From the human T2T-CHM13v2.0 reference genome, Homo sapiens: a stretch of DNA of 64,000 nucleotides. Of this stretch, positions 42,001-54,325 are shown one piece after another; positions within the stretch are counted from its first letter, which is position 1, and every line of letters starts with the position of its first letter. Both the position numbers and the translations under genes were made by a program. The notes beneath the pieces are model-generated. The model ran no database searches and was not told the DNA's origin. It saw nothing but the letters and a program-made list of their open reading frames with translations. The DNA is taken from assembly GCF_009914755.1 (NCBI RefSeq), contig NC_060944.1. One strand, given 5' to 3'.

Positions 42001-43399
42001 GTGACCAGGACCAATGCCTGTCCTCTCAAATTCCAGCCCAGTGTGGGGCAGGGCAGATGGGTGGACAAATCATCTCAATGGGATGCAGTGTATGGCCAAC
42101 AGAGTGTGCACCCAGTGCAGGGGGCCTGCGGAAGGGAGAGCCAAAGGCCTGGGGAAGACAGGCAGGGAGACTGAAGGATTAAAGTCTTCAGAAAAGAGGC
42201 AAACACTTAAGCCAGGTCTTGAAGGTTGGGTAGGAGTTCACCAGGGCAAACCAATGAGCTGGGCACAGAGCTAGGAAGCACCGCAACACTGGCCAGGTGT
42301 TGAATCCAGACGCTGCACCTTTCTCACTTTCTAGGCAAGTAACTTCACTTCTCTGAGCCTCAGTTTCCTCCTCTAGAAAGGAGGGCATGATGATAGTGCC
42401 TCTCTCCAGGAGCTGATGGAGGAGCAAACAGGATGAAGTAGGAGGGGATTGGAGCAGTGGACTCAGTTTCATCTTTCATGGAGCTTGCATTTTCTCATCC
42501 ATAAAGTGGGCACAGTAACAGCGCCCTCCTCAGTGAGTTTTCTAAAGGTTCAGGGAATGTATGCTCAGCGCAGTGCCACCACGTGCTGGCTGCCGACTGT
42601 TACCACCGTTAAGCAGTTCTGAAGATGAGGCTGAGAAGTCTGGGCGGGAGACGCGGGAAGCAGGCAGGCTGCCAGGGAGGAGGCAGGTGGCTGGGAGGCC
42701 TGGCTACATCCCAATCCCAGCACTGCCCTGGCCGCTGTGTGGCCCACTGATTGCACCTGCTGGGGGAGCCGCTGGGGGATGGAACGGGGGTTCCTAGTCC
42801 CTCAGCAGAGTGCACTTTGAAAGCCTTCAGTGGTGGAGGAGGGGAGTGGTGTTCCTTTGGGGCTCTGAGGACCTGAGTGTCAGGAGGAAGGTTACCCGGA
42901 ACTCTGCTGGGGACGTGGCTGTGTGGGTGCTGATGGGGACCCTGAGTCCATCTCAGGCCAGGATCCTGCCTCAAGGGCAGGGCTGTGGCTACAAAAACCC
43001 CAAAGTCAGTAGAGGCTGCTGAGGCCTCTGGAGAGTCACCCCAACCCCTTCAGGCCCAGGTGCTGGTGGGTGGACGGGCGTTTTGTGAGAGGGCGCTGGG
43101 AGGGTCAGAGGACGGGGCCGGCACAGTTCTAGTTCTGGAGCTGGTTGGTGGTTACAAAGGTGTCCCCCAGGCAGCACTCATTAAGCTAAATACGAATGTT
43201 TTGTTTCATAGCAAAAAAGGTAAATATATGGGGTTTATTCGAAAGGCAGCAGTGCCTCCCACCGCCCTTACATTAAAGGCAGCCAAGGAGTCTCCAACTT
43301 AGGGAGCGCCAGGCCCGGCTCAGTCTCGGCCCATCCCACTTCAGCCCCAGCCCATTTTACACACCAGACCACTGAGGCTCAGAGAGGCCAAGCGACTCG

Positions 43400-44010
43400 C
43401 CCGCCGCCCCACAGCGGCTCCAGCGCTGCTGCCTGTTTACAGCGCGGGGAACCGGCGGCTACACCTCCCGCCCGGCTGTCCCTTTAACGTTTCTAGGGCA
43501 TCCCTGGAAGGCCCGGGCACGGCGCTGAGGTCTCCGCTCCCGCTCCTGCTCGCCCGGGCGAGGCTGCGGCTCCGGGCGGGTCAAGGTCGCAGCGGAGCCC
43601 CTCGGAGCCCCCGCCCGGCGGAGAGGCCGGCCTCGCGTGGCGGCGCCGCCCCCGGCCCTGGTCCCGGTCCCGCCCCGCCGGCGCCTCCCCGCGGCCCCGG
43701 CTCCGCTCCGCGGCCCTCCGGCGGGATGCGTGGCCGTGGCGGGGGGCGCGCCCGCTGTCCTGCGCCCCTGCGCTCGCTGCTGGGCGCCTTCGGGGCCCGG
43801 GACGCTGCCGCCGCCGCCCGAGATCCTGCGCAAGGTAAGCGCGCGCTGCGGGGAGGGGACGCGGGACGTGGGGCCCGGGGTGCCCGCCGGGCACGAGGCG
43901 CTGGGGGACGACTCCTCCTGAATCCCTTGCCCTTGGCCGTTGCGGGTGGCCGGGAGGCCCGCTGCGCCCCCAGCCACAGAGGTGGGCGCCCCGGGTCTCG
44001 GGCTTACCGC
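43400..44010 (+). promoter_or_regulatory. PHACTR3: CpG island / distal promoter of PHACTR3
   Basis: Very high GC and CpG density; GC boxes; FOX-type TGTTTAC at 43434-43440; surrounds a coding exon with a strong donor. Confidence 0.88.
43726..43834 (+). CDS. PHACTR3: PHACTR3 (scapinin) alternative first coding exon, 36 codons + 1 nt, phase-1 donor
   Basis: GGCGGGATGC start; MRGRGGGRARCPAPLRSLLGAFGARDAAAAARDPAQ; donor CAAG|GTAAGC. The peptide was recognised from memory as a PHACTR3 isoform N-terminus that joins DEMDQTPP. The downstream exons lie outside the window. Confidence 0.82.
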
Positions 44011-44779
44011 CCCCCTCCTCCCCCTCGCAGCAAAGTCACCAGAGTCTCTCCCTAAACAAGGGCAGTGTCCGCAGGGTCAGAAGCGCTGGCGTTGGGGTCG
44101 ACAGTCTGGGGTTTGGAATTCCCCTCTGCCCGCTGTATGAGCCTGTGCGCATGGCGTTTGACCTTGCTGCGCCTCAGTTTCTGCATCTGTGAAATGGGGG
44201 ATACCTGTGTCTTGGGGGCAGCAGTTGGGATCGTATGGACAGCGCTGGCCACCCAAGGGAGGGCTCTGCGCTTGATCGCATTTCTTCCCCAGGGAGGGCC
44301 ATGGGCCTCCACCCACGTGGGACAGGCCCCTCGCCCCCTGCTGGGCAGACACCTGACCCTGGAGAGGGTCCAGCTGCAATTCAAGGGATGGGATCTAGGA
44401 AGAGGGGCCTGAGGAATCCAGAAAATGGCCAGGGCCCCAGCTGGGCCAGGGAAGAGGAGTTGAGGACGGGGAGTGGCCTCAGGCCTCCTGGTGACAAGGC
44501 TAGAGTTTTGCCTGTGCTCAGTGGCCATGGGTGCATGAGTACCAGGTGTCCAGCAGGCAGAGCCCGGAGTGGGGTGGAGGAGAGCTAGGCCAGTGTTTCC
44601 GCACTGGCCCTTGGTGAGGATACCGGGGGCACTTATTACAGATTGTTCCAGGGGCCCCACCCAGGCCTGCCCCTTGCAATCTCCTGGGAGAATCTGTGTT
44701 TTTAACCAAAGCACCAGGAAACTCTGGTTTAGATCCATCCGTGGTTCTTTTCAGTGCCTCGAAACGGGTTGATCCTGCC

Positions 44780-44945
44780 TTCCCTTGAAGACATTTCTGG
44801 TTGTCACACCTGGGGGAACGCCACTGGCACCCAGTGGGCAGAAGCCGGGCACACTGCTAAGCATCCTGCACTGCCAGGAGCCCTCCTTCCCCACGAGGCG
44901 GTCATGGTGTAGTCCACAGGCTAGTGCTGGGGTTGGGAAACCCTG
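44780..44945. mobile_element. MER20-like hAT fragment
   Basis: GACATTTCTGGTTGTCAC..CTGGCACCCAGTGGGCAGAAGCC..CTGCTAAGCATCCTGCA..GGTTGGGAAACCCTG. Confidence 0.7.
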
Positions 44946-47816
44946 AGATACAGGGATACATGGAGTCACAAAGTCAAGAAAGGGGGACATGGGGATTTGG
45001 GGGACACTTGAGAGCCCGCTATCTGCCAGGCCTTCTGTGGTGCCCTTGGAGGAGAAGCTCGTGGCAGAAGCTGAGCTCAGGCACAGAGGATGGGCAGCTG
45101 AATCCACTCATCAGGAATATTGAGCCCCTACTGAGCGCCAGTCCCAGTGCTGAGCTCCCAGGGTGGAGTCGGGAGAGGGAGATGAGGCCCCTCTAGGGTG
45201 CCCCCCTCTAATGGGGCAGAAGCCCCTCCCCCAGTGCCTGCACAGAGTAAGTGCCCACAAGTGTCAGTGCCCTCCCCTAAAGCACCCCTGTTTTTGGCAA
45301 TGCATGAGTACTAAGAACAGTGGGGCATATTCTGGGTTGGATTTTGGGAAAGGGCGTTCCCAGTCCTAACCTTCGGCAGCTTGGCAGTGTGTTCAGGGCC
45401 ACCAGGAGCCCATGTTCTGCCTGCAGTAATTACGCAACTCCTCACCTGTTCCTTGTGCTCCTCAGTCGCTGGGCATTTTTAAAATAGTTCTGCGGCCTCT
45501 GTCTAGGCCTTGATGGATGGATGGCAGGGCTCAGCCACTGCTGACCCACTTTCCCCAAGGAGAAAGCGGAATATTTTGTCAGTGGGTCAGCAAATGATTA
45601 TTCATCATTGAAAATGCTTCAGGCACTGATCTAGATGCTGGGATGCTGCGGGGAGCAGGGAGGCCCTGAGGTGAGAATTCACTTGATGGCACTGGGGAAT
45701 AGGAGGGTCCTTGAGGCTGGAAGCCCATCAGCTAGGGGACTGGAGGGAGCTGAGTTTGGGGAGGTGGCCCATGGGCCTTGGCCTCCATCAGAAGTCCCTA
45801 GGGGTTCTACATGTGCAACCCGAGGCCAATGGCAGGTTCTAGGCTGAAGAATTGCATGTCCCTCTGTGTCTGAGAGAAAGCTCCTCATGGCTGCTGTGTG
45901 GCCGCAGATTTATTTGGAGGCTATGGCAGCAGAGTTGCCAGCTGCTTGGAGGACAGGAGGGTCCATCAGAGACGGAGAAAGTGGGAAGCACTGGGGGCTG
46001 ATAGGACCTGCTCATGACTTGGGTACCCCAAATCCAGGATGCCCTGTAGGTTTGGGGTCTGAGCACTGGGTGGATGGTGGTGCTGTTTATGGGGGTGTGG
46101 AAGGCTTGGTCGGGGAGGAGGGAGACTGGCCGGAGGCTTCTGCAGTGCATTCCTTCACTTTCCGTGGGAGAGGGGAGGTCTGGGAGAGGAAGCGCGCATT
46201 CCGTGCTGACCATGGTGATTTGGAGGGGCTGTTTACACTGGGCCATTGCACGTCTGAGTCTGGAGCTTGGGGCGGTGGTTGTTCTGGAGGCTCCAATCTG
46301 AGATTCATCAGAATGGGGCTGGCACTTAAAGGAGGTCACTTGGGAGGGGGCTGAGGCAGAGAGTGTGGCTGGGTTTCTTGGTTTCAATGTTGCATTTCAA
46401 TGTTGAGTCAGATAGGACCCCAGTGCAAATGCCAAGTTTTGGGTTGGAGCAAGGGTCCCGGCACCCAAGGAAGAACCAGGCTGTGTGCCCACAACTCTTT
46501 GGGCACTGTGATGCCAGACCTCAAGAAGGTCCCTTTGACTTCATTCCTTTTGGAACCAGGAGGATCTGTCCAGCTGCCACCTGAAGCTCAGCTTCCATGA
46601 TTTGTGTGGCTACTTCCCGGAGCTTGCTTGGGAATCTTAACTCTCACCCTTAAAGGGATAATGTGCTATTTCTGGGGCCAGGGCTGCATTAATTTAGGAA
46701 CAAATTAACCACTCATTCTTCCAGACTTCGAAGTCTGATTTCGAAGTGCTGACTCGTAGTGGGTTATTTCTGCACTAAATGAGTTTTTTTTTTTTCCTTT
46801 AAAATTTTTGTTTGAAGGGAAAGGCGTGATCAATGATATCATGACATGTCCCAGCTGATGCTCATTAAAAGTTGTGGCTTTAGGGGCTGCAAAAGACAGT
46901 TTGAAATTTAATGCCTTGTTTCCTGGCTCAGCTCAGAGTCGGGGCTGGGCAAGGCTCCCTGAAGGCTATAACTCTGAAGACCCAGATTGGGTCTGGAGTT
47001 GCCCAACTCTTTTGAAATCTTAATGACAACCAGCTGGACTTAGCAGGCTTTTCTGGTAGCAAGTGACTGAAATGGACTAGACACACAGAAGCAAAAGGGC
47101 CATCTGTTAATTCAGGAAACTGGGCGTCTGTAGCTCCAGCTAGCCTCTCCTTGTCTGTCCCAGACTCAGGGTGGGTCATATAGCTGGCCCTTGAACCACT
47201 TACTGGAGTGAGGGAGTGGGGAGGACTGGACGGCTGAGACCTAGCTGTCTCCTCCGGTCCAGAAATGGAGCTGGCATCCCCGCCATAGCCAGCCTGAGAC
47301 TTCCAGTAGGAAATCAGGAGGATCGCAGAAGGACATGGGTACTGGGGGTCACAAACGCCAGCATGGCAGTGCAAGAACCCCACAGCTGTGCCCACCTGAC
47401 CTGCAAAACCTGCCGTGCATTGCAAATCACACTGCAGCCTTCAGTTTTCTTTCCTGTGACCAATGGGTGCTTGGAGGCAAAAGGCAGAGTCATGATGTCC
47501 CGGCAGCTCGAGAAGGCCCTGGGAGAGGTGTGACCTGGCTACACATCTTCGTTTCTCTCCTTTCCCCCCAGGGTGCTCAGGGCACACCTGTGAGAGCCAA
47601 GCACCTCCCCACAGCCAGTGGCCCCTCAGGTCTGCTTCTCCTTCACCTGCTCCAAGCCCCACATTTTTCTCACCACTTAGTCCAAATCCCCACGCAGCTG
47701 TCACCCCATTACTTTAAGGACTGCTGTCTGCTGGTGAACTTTGCTGATGACTAAGTTGATCGCTCCGTTTTTGTTTGAAGGGAAAGGAGTGATCCCCAAT
47801 CTTTAGAAATGGCCTA

Positions 47817-48177
<361 letters not shown>

Positions 48178-48199
48178 TCAGGGGATAAGTTTTTCTGGA

Positions 48200-49200
48200 A
48201 AAAAAATTACTCACTCAAACACATACACGTATATATTTAATTACACTAGTATGTCATGAATACATCCTCCAAGTGAGCAATTGAAAACATTGCAAATAAG
48301 GCTCAAATCCCTCTGGAACATGAATCCTCCCCCCGCCCGCCACCTTTCGCCCTTCCCCAGGGAAGCCACTGTTACCATTCATGGCATTTCCCACCAAACT
48401 TTCTTGACATAAGCATGTGCTTTTTAAAGAAATGGCATCACACAGCACTTCTCGCTGTGAAGCTGTTTTCACTCTGCAGTGTATCTTGGAGATTTATCTG
48501 GCTTCATAGGTTCTGTCTAATTGCTTTAGAATATTCCATGGCTGTTTTCGCCTTTCTGCTACCGATGGCCATGGAGGTCCCTCTCAGATCCTGTCACAGG
48601 CTGTGCTGCAGGGGACAACCTGCGTGAGGCACTGAGCACGTCTGTACAAGTGTTTCTCTATAAGGCACATCCGAAGAATGGAACTCCTGGGGCTTAGGAT
48701 GAGTGCATTTTAAATTTAAGCTGCTATTGCCAGACTGTTTCCCAAAGTGGCTGTGTCACTCCCAACAGCAGTGTCGGAGGTACCCGTTTCTCTCGCCAGC
48801 ACTTGATACATTCACATTCTGAAATTTTGCCAATCCTCCAGAGAAGTGAAAATTACATTGTTCAATTTGCATTGCCTTGATTGCTTGAGAGTTTTTCTTA
48901 TGTGACTTGGCCATTTGGATTTCACTCTCTGAGCGTTGCCTCTTCATTTAGTTTTTGCCCTCTTTTTCCAGGGGGGTCGTTCGTGTGTTTCCGAGTGGTT
49001 TGTGGGCGCCGTCGATCTGATCTGGAACCCGATCCTCCGCTGGCTGCAAATATTCGTGTCCTGTCTGTTGTGTGTCTTTTCACTTTGTTTATGGTGTCCT
49101 TGGTTGATAGAAGCTTTTAGTTCTGATGTGGTAAAATGTATCCAGCTTTTTTTTTGTTTTTGCTTTTTGTGTCTTAAGAAACCCTCTTCTGCCTCGAGTT
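48200..49200 (-). mobile_element. Highly decayed L1ME-like fragments
   Basis: TATTGCCAGACTGTTTCCCAAAGTGGCTGT..CTCCCAACAGCAGTGT..CTTAAGAAACCCT resembles old L1 3' sequence. Confidence 0.55.
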
Positions 49201-50394
49201 TAGAGTGAACAGTTTTTCTCAGTGTGGCAGGGAGGGTCCTGGTTTTAGCTCTGAAAGTCCTGCATCCTGAGAAGTCCTCAGCCGGGGGCATACCAGGATG
49301 GCTGCTCAAAAACACATCCCTCTGCGTCTCCTTTTGAGGCTTGTATAGCTTTTTCTTTGCATTTATTTTTCTTATCTACTATAACGTGTGTGAAAGAACA
49401 GTATGAGGTAGAATGCAGGGTTTTAATAAGGATTACAGGAGTCACTGGGTTTAACCCAGGGATCTGTTGATTCTGGTGGGGATTCCTAGCCCTGAGGGAG
49501 CAGAGGGAGGAAAGGTGGTCTGGGGGTGGGGACAGATCCAGTCAATTTACTTTACCCCTAACTGTGAAGTGGACCATGGCTTCCAAACCAAAACTCAGAG
49601 CAGATTTTGGGCAAAAATTGGTCTGATCTGGTAGCCTACATGGTTTTATTAATACGATTGACAATTGGCTGTACATTTCCCAAGCAGGGACCAGCTGTGT
49701 GGAGAAATTTGGATGCTCCTTCTCGCAGCCTGGCTGCTTTCCCAGGGCCGGCCCCAGGAGGGAGGCTCCCCGCGTGCCCGCCTACGCAAGCAGCCTCGGA
49801 CTGACTCCCAACAACCCCAGGGTGCTGGCTTTCCCGGAACCCTCCTCTGATTCGGGATTTCTACCAGACTTCGGTAGCGGTTTATTTTAAGGAAAACAAC
49901 AACGGTACACTTCCCTTGCATAGGACTCCTAGCCTGGGCCGGGGCTGGCTGGGATGAGGGGATGGGAGGACCGGGGGTCTGGCCCAGGGTTTGCGTTGTG
50001 GGCTTTGCATTGGGCAGGGGGAGTTGCCCTTTGGAAGCTGGTGACCTTGTGGCCTAGATGACCTGGAGCAATGTCGATTTTGCGTGATTACAGTATTTTC
50101 AGGAAAGCTACTTAGGTGCACCAGTCACCAGGGACGGTTCACGCGTGGACATGTGGAAGGCCTTTCCTGGAGGGAATTCAGCAGCTCTTGGGCCTCACAC
50201 TACGAAGTGGGCCAGACCGGTGGGCTCGCTATGGAAGGTTCCTGCACCAGGCATTTTAGTGACAAACTGTGGGCCAAAGGAAACACAAGTGAGCGCGTGG
50301 GCAAGAAGGTGTCGTACTGGTGCCCGTGTGTGCAACGGGGCAGCCCTGACTCAGTGCCTCAGTGCCTCAGTGCCTTGGGTGGTGCCCTTAAGGA

Positions 50395-50800
50395 CAAGTG
50401 TGTGTGAACGTGCATGAGAGTGTGAGGATGTACATGAGTGCGTGTGCCTGTGTGTGCCTGATTGTGTGTGTGTATGCATGTGTTTGTGAGGCCGTGCAAG
50501 AGTGTGTACGTGCCTGTGTGTGACTGTGTGTGTGAGGGTGTGAAGCTGTGATGAGTGCATGTGCCTGTGTGCGTGATTGTGTGTGTGCGTGTGAGGGTTG
50601 AGGCTGTGCAGGAGTGTGCGTGCCTGTGTGTGTATGCATGTGTGTGAGGGTGTGAAGCCGTGCAGGAGTGTGTGTGAAGGTGTGCGTGAGTGTGTATATG
50701 AGCAAGTGTGTGCATGAATATTACATGCATGAGTGTGTGCATGCACAAGTGTGTGCATGAGTGTGTACGTGCATGAGTGTATGTGTGCATGTATATATGG
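50395..50800. repeat. TG-rich simple repeat / degenerate minisatellite
   Basis: TG tracts with a recurring GTGAGGGTGTGAAGC(C/T)GTG..GAGTGTG unit. Confidence 0.9.
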
Positions 50801-51064
50801 ATGCGATCTCCCTCAACCTAGTGTGCCAGCCTCAGCACAGCCCTGCTCTGACCAGAGGCTTAGGAGGTCCTCCAGCTCCCAGCCCCTAACACTCCATCTA
50901 AGCCAGGCCTCCACCTTCACTCCCCGGCCTTCACCCGTGCTGCTCCTTCTGACGGAAGGCTCCTGGCCTCCCGTGGAGTGTACCCATCTGTCAAGGCCCA
51001 GCAGCGAGACCTCGTCTGTGAAGCCTCTCACCCCCTATTCCGGGGGGATCTTTTCCCCCTGTAA

Positions 51065-51750
51065 GCTCTTATTGTCCAAATCTCTTCTTCATATAAGGAC
51101 ACCAGTCAGATTGGATTGCCCAGCCCCCACCCCCTCAGCAGCCTCATTTTAATGTAATCACCCCTTTAAAAAACGCCTTCTCCAAATATTGCATTCTGAG
51201 ACACTGGGGATCAAAACTTCAACATATACATATTAGGGGGAGTACAGTTCAGCCCCTGACAGCTTGGCTGGGAACGTGAGCGGGGCCTCGGGTCCTTTCC
51301 ACTCGGGCTTTTGCATAGGCAGCTTGAGGTGGAGAAGTGAGCAACCCGAGAGAAACAGACTCAAGTTCTGTCACCGCTTATGATCTGGCTTTGGACATCA
51401 CAGTCCCACTTCTGCCTTAGAATCGGCCTTCCCTGACTCGGGGTCGGCATGAACCCACCTCTCAGTGGGAGGGTGCAAAGCCACGTTGCAAGAAGAACAT
51501 ATGAGGTTGGAGGTGATGTTGTGGCCATTTTTGGGGAAAATCCCCCAAAATGTGACTGCACTGGGAGGGACTCTCAGATGCTTGTGCCTGGTTTCTGGCA
51601 GATTTCGACCCAGGCACGTTTTTCTTTGCTGGGTGTGCTTTGCCTGCTGCTGCTATAAATCACAGTTGTGAGTACAGCTACAGCCGAGTCCTGTGAGTCC
51701 TCTAGTGAATCACTCAAACTGGGGGTGGTCCTGGGGACCCCCAGCACAGT
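51065..51750. mobile_element. Cluster of LTR fragments (MLT1-type, then a MER21-like 3' end)
   Basis: ATAAGGACACCAGTCAGATTGGATT..CAGTTCAGCCCCTGACA; GAGTCCTGTGAGTCCTCTAGTGAATCACTCAAAC..GGGGACCCCCAGCACA. Confidence 0.7.
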
Positions 51751-53699
51751 AATCACCCTGTTCACTCTCTTGTTAATGATCCATCTGCTCCACCAAAGGT
51801 AAACCCAGGGCAGCAGTGACTGGCGCATTTTTGTGTGCAGGGCATGCACTCCGTGCCTGGCACCTAGCAGGTGTGCTGTAAGCTCTGTGTCCAATGGAGA
51901 GCATGATGGGGAGGCGATGGTGGGGAGGTGGGGTCGGTGGCAGGGAGGCCTCCTCTCCTCACCCGCGTGCAGAGGCCCTTGCGGCTCACAGGAGTTCCTT
52001 TAAGTACTGTCGCTCTGACATTGAGCTTTTCACCTCTCCCTAAAGGAAAGCCATTTAGCAAAAAGAATCTCCTAATTTAGCAACATTATCTCTGTCAAGT
52101 TACAGGAAGTGGGCATGTGGCCTCTTTGCGTGAGTCTCTCAGCGGTGGAAGCTGGCTCTTCCTCCTGAAAACATGTCGTATTTTTAGACCGTCTTGAATG
52201 ATTTACACACCTTTTCTACAAGCAGACCTGGAGATGGGAATGCGCAGGCCTGCCCGGACATCTTCTCCAATACCCACCCTATGTGTTCGTGCTGTCACCT
52301 GACAGGTGCCCTTGGTAGCCCTTCTCCATCCAAGCCTCCCTCCAGGTGGCCTGCCCTGGCCTGCTCTGTGGTCATTCTGCCTCCTGGAGGCCGGCACAGA
52401 CTTCCTGCCTCCTGCACATTGCACATTTGGACCTAAGTTCATTGCCACTCCCCCAGAGGGCAAACACTAAAAATAGACTCTTCACTGGATGAGGTTTCTA
52501 ATATAAGCTAAGGACTGTGTCTCTCCACTTACGAGTGTCCGAAACAGCTGTATGAACTGCACATTCTCCGTCTTCCATGACTAAATCCCCTTAACGACCC
52601 TAATTCACTCTAATTCCAGTAACAAGGACGCTCCAGCACTGGAGGCTTGGTGCATGTTCGATTTCTATTTTTATTTTAATGGCTTTGCTATCTGTGCCTT
52701 TTCCTATAATCCATGACAAATCATGATAAATTAACTCCATTTTTTTTTTTACTGTTTGGTTAAACATTGGGATGATAAAAAATAAGGCGATATTCCTCTT
52801 ATTTGTAGATTACTGTGATTTCTGACCTAGAGTATTGTGGTCACGGGTGAAAGTGCAGAATATTGTACACTGATCATTTGCGTTTGCTTGGGAGTCACTG
52901 CAGTGGGGGATTGGAGAGGAGCCACTCTGCAGTCACTGGACAGTGATAGTCACACCAGCCAGGTCCTGTCCTCAGTCCTGCTCACTCATCTACACATCTC
53001 TGTGGGAGATGAGCTCCACTTGGTGGGACCCCATTTGACAGGTGAGGAAAACCGAGGCTGAAAGGGACAGAGTAACGTGCCCAAGGTCACAGCTGCTGAG
53101 CCGAATTTGAGCCTGGACAGTCTGCTGGATTCTTGGTCGTTCTGTGATCCTGTCTCTCATGAACCTGGATTTATATTATATCCCATTGGTTCTGGAAAGT
53201 GTCTGACAGCAGGTCAATGCTTGTTGTTACTGCCTGCTTTGGAAGCCCTTAAAAGATGCCCCAACTCTGGCTGTCCTTGTGGGGTGCCTGTCTTGGAAAT
53301 GAGCAGGCTGCTGACTGAAAAGAGCCTTTCCCTGTAGGTGGGATGTGGTGCCCCACAGGTGGGACCCCGTGTGCCCTACAGGTGGACACTGGGATGGTTC
53401 TCTCCACCTGTCCTCATCTGTGGCTTCTTCCCTTTGTTAGAGTCTTGAGTTGATGTTGGATATGAGCGCACCTTTCTTCCGAGGATCGTCTAAGCAGGGT
53501 GGAGGAGATGCAGGTTGCACAGAGGTGGGAGAAGGACCCTTGGGGCCAGGAGGCAGATGTGGGGTGTCCCCAGCTCTGCCCCGAGTCCCAGTGTGACCTT
53601 GTACATGTTCACCCTTCTCTGAGCCTGGCTTTCCTCGTGGATGGAGTGTAATTCTGAAACCCAGTGTTCATGGCTGGTCAGGAGGATCACAGGAGAGAT

Positions 53700-54325
53700 G
53701 TCTATTGCTGCCAGAACAATTTACCACCAACTCAGCAGCTAAAGCATCACCGATTTATTGCCACACACAGCCTGTGGGTCAGGGGTGCAGGTGGGCTTAC
53801 CTGCTTCCCTCTCTGGGTCTCAGCAGCGCTGTGCTGTTTGCCAGATGCTCTGGGAGAGAATTCACTTCCTGCTCGTTCTGGTGGTTGTCAGAATTCAGTT
53901 CCTTGAGGCTGTAGGACTGAGGTCCCTATTTTCTTGCTGGCTGTCAGCTGGAGCTGGGGCTGGAGCCGGGGCTGGGGCTGGGGCTGGGGCCTGGGCCCGG
54001 GTCATTTTGGTTCTCAGCTGTAGAGGCCACTGCCTTCCCTGGCTCACGTCTACCTTCAAGGCCAGCAAGGGTGGCTGAATCCTCTCAGCCTTCAAATCTC
54101 TCCTCCCTCCCTTCCACCCTGTCCACTCCTGCCTTCCCCTCTGCTTCCTGAGTGATTCCATGAGGCCCATCGGGTCTTCCAGGTTCATCTCCATATCTTC
54201 AGGTCTCCTGATTATAACCCTGATCCCAGCTGCAAAGGCCTTCACATTGGTGCCTGCATTGGTGCTTGATCAGGTCACCGGGGGTCGGGAGTCCTGAGGG
54301 AATGAATGGCTCTCAAATTCTGCTG
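53700..54325 (-). mobile_element. MaLR LTR (MLT1-type) with an internal (GGGGCT)n expansion
   Basis: GTTGTCAGAATTCAGTTCCTTGAGGCTGTAGGACTGAGGTCCC..CTTCAAGGCCAGCAA. Confidence 0.72.

Noticed and set aside
43726-43834. Alternative identity as a GRIP-family palmitoylated (Cys11) first exon
   Set aside because: Only the Cys position and phase match; the full peptide is recalled as a PHACTR3 isoform N-terminus.
43459-44055. Other ORFs across the CpG island (172 and 133 aa minus, 94 aa plus, 109-aa read-through)
   Set aside because: Expected stop-poor frames in very GC-rich DNA; the ATG-43726 frame is better explained as ending at the GTAAGC donor.
44236-44248. GGACAGCGC REST half-site (also weak matches near 55850 and 57145)
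   Set aside because: The left half-site is missing or the match has too many mismatches to call an RE1.
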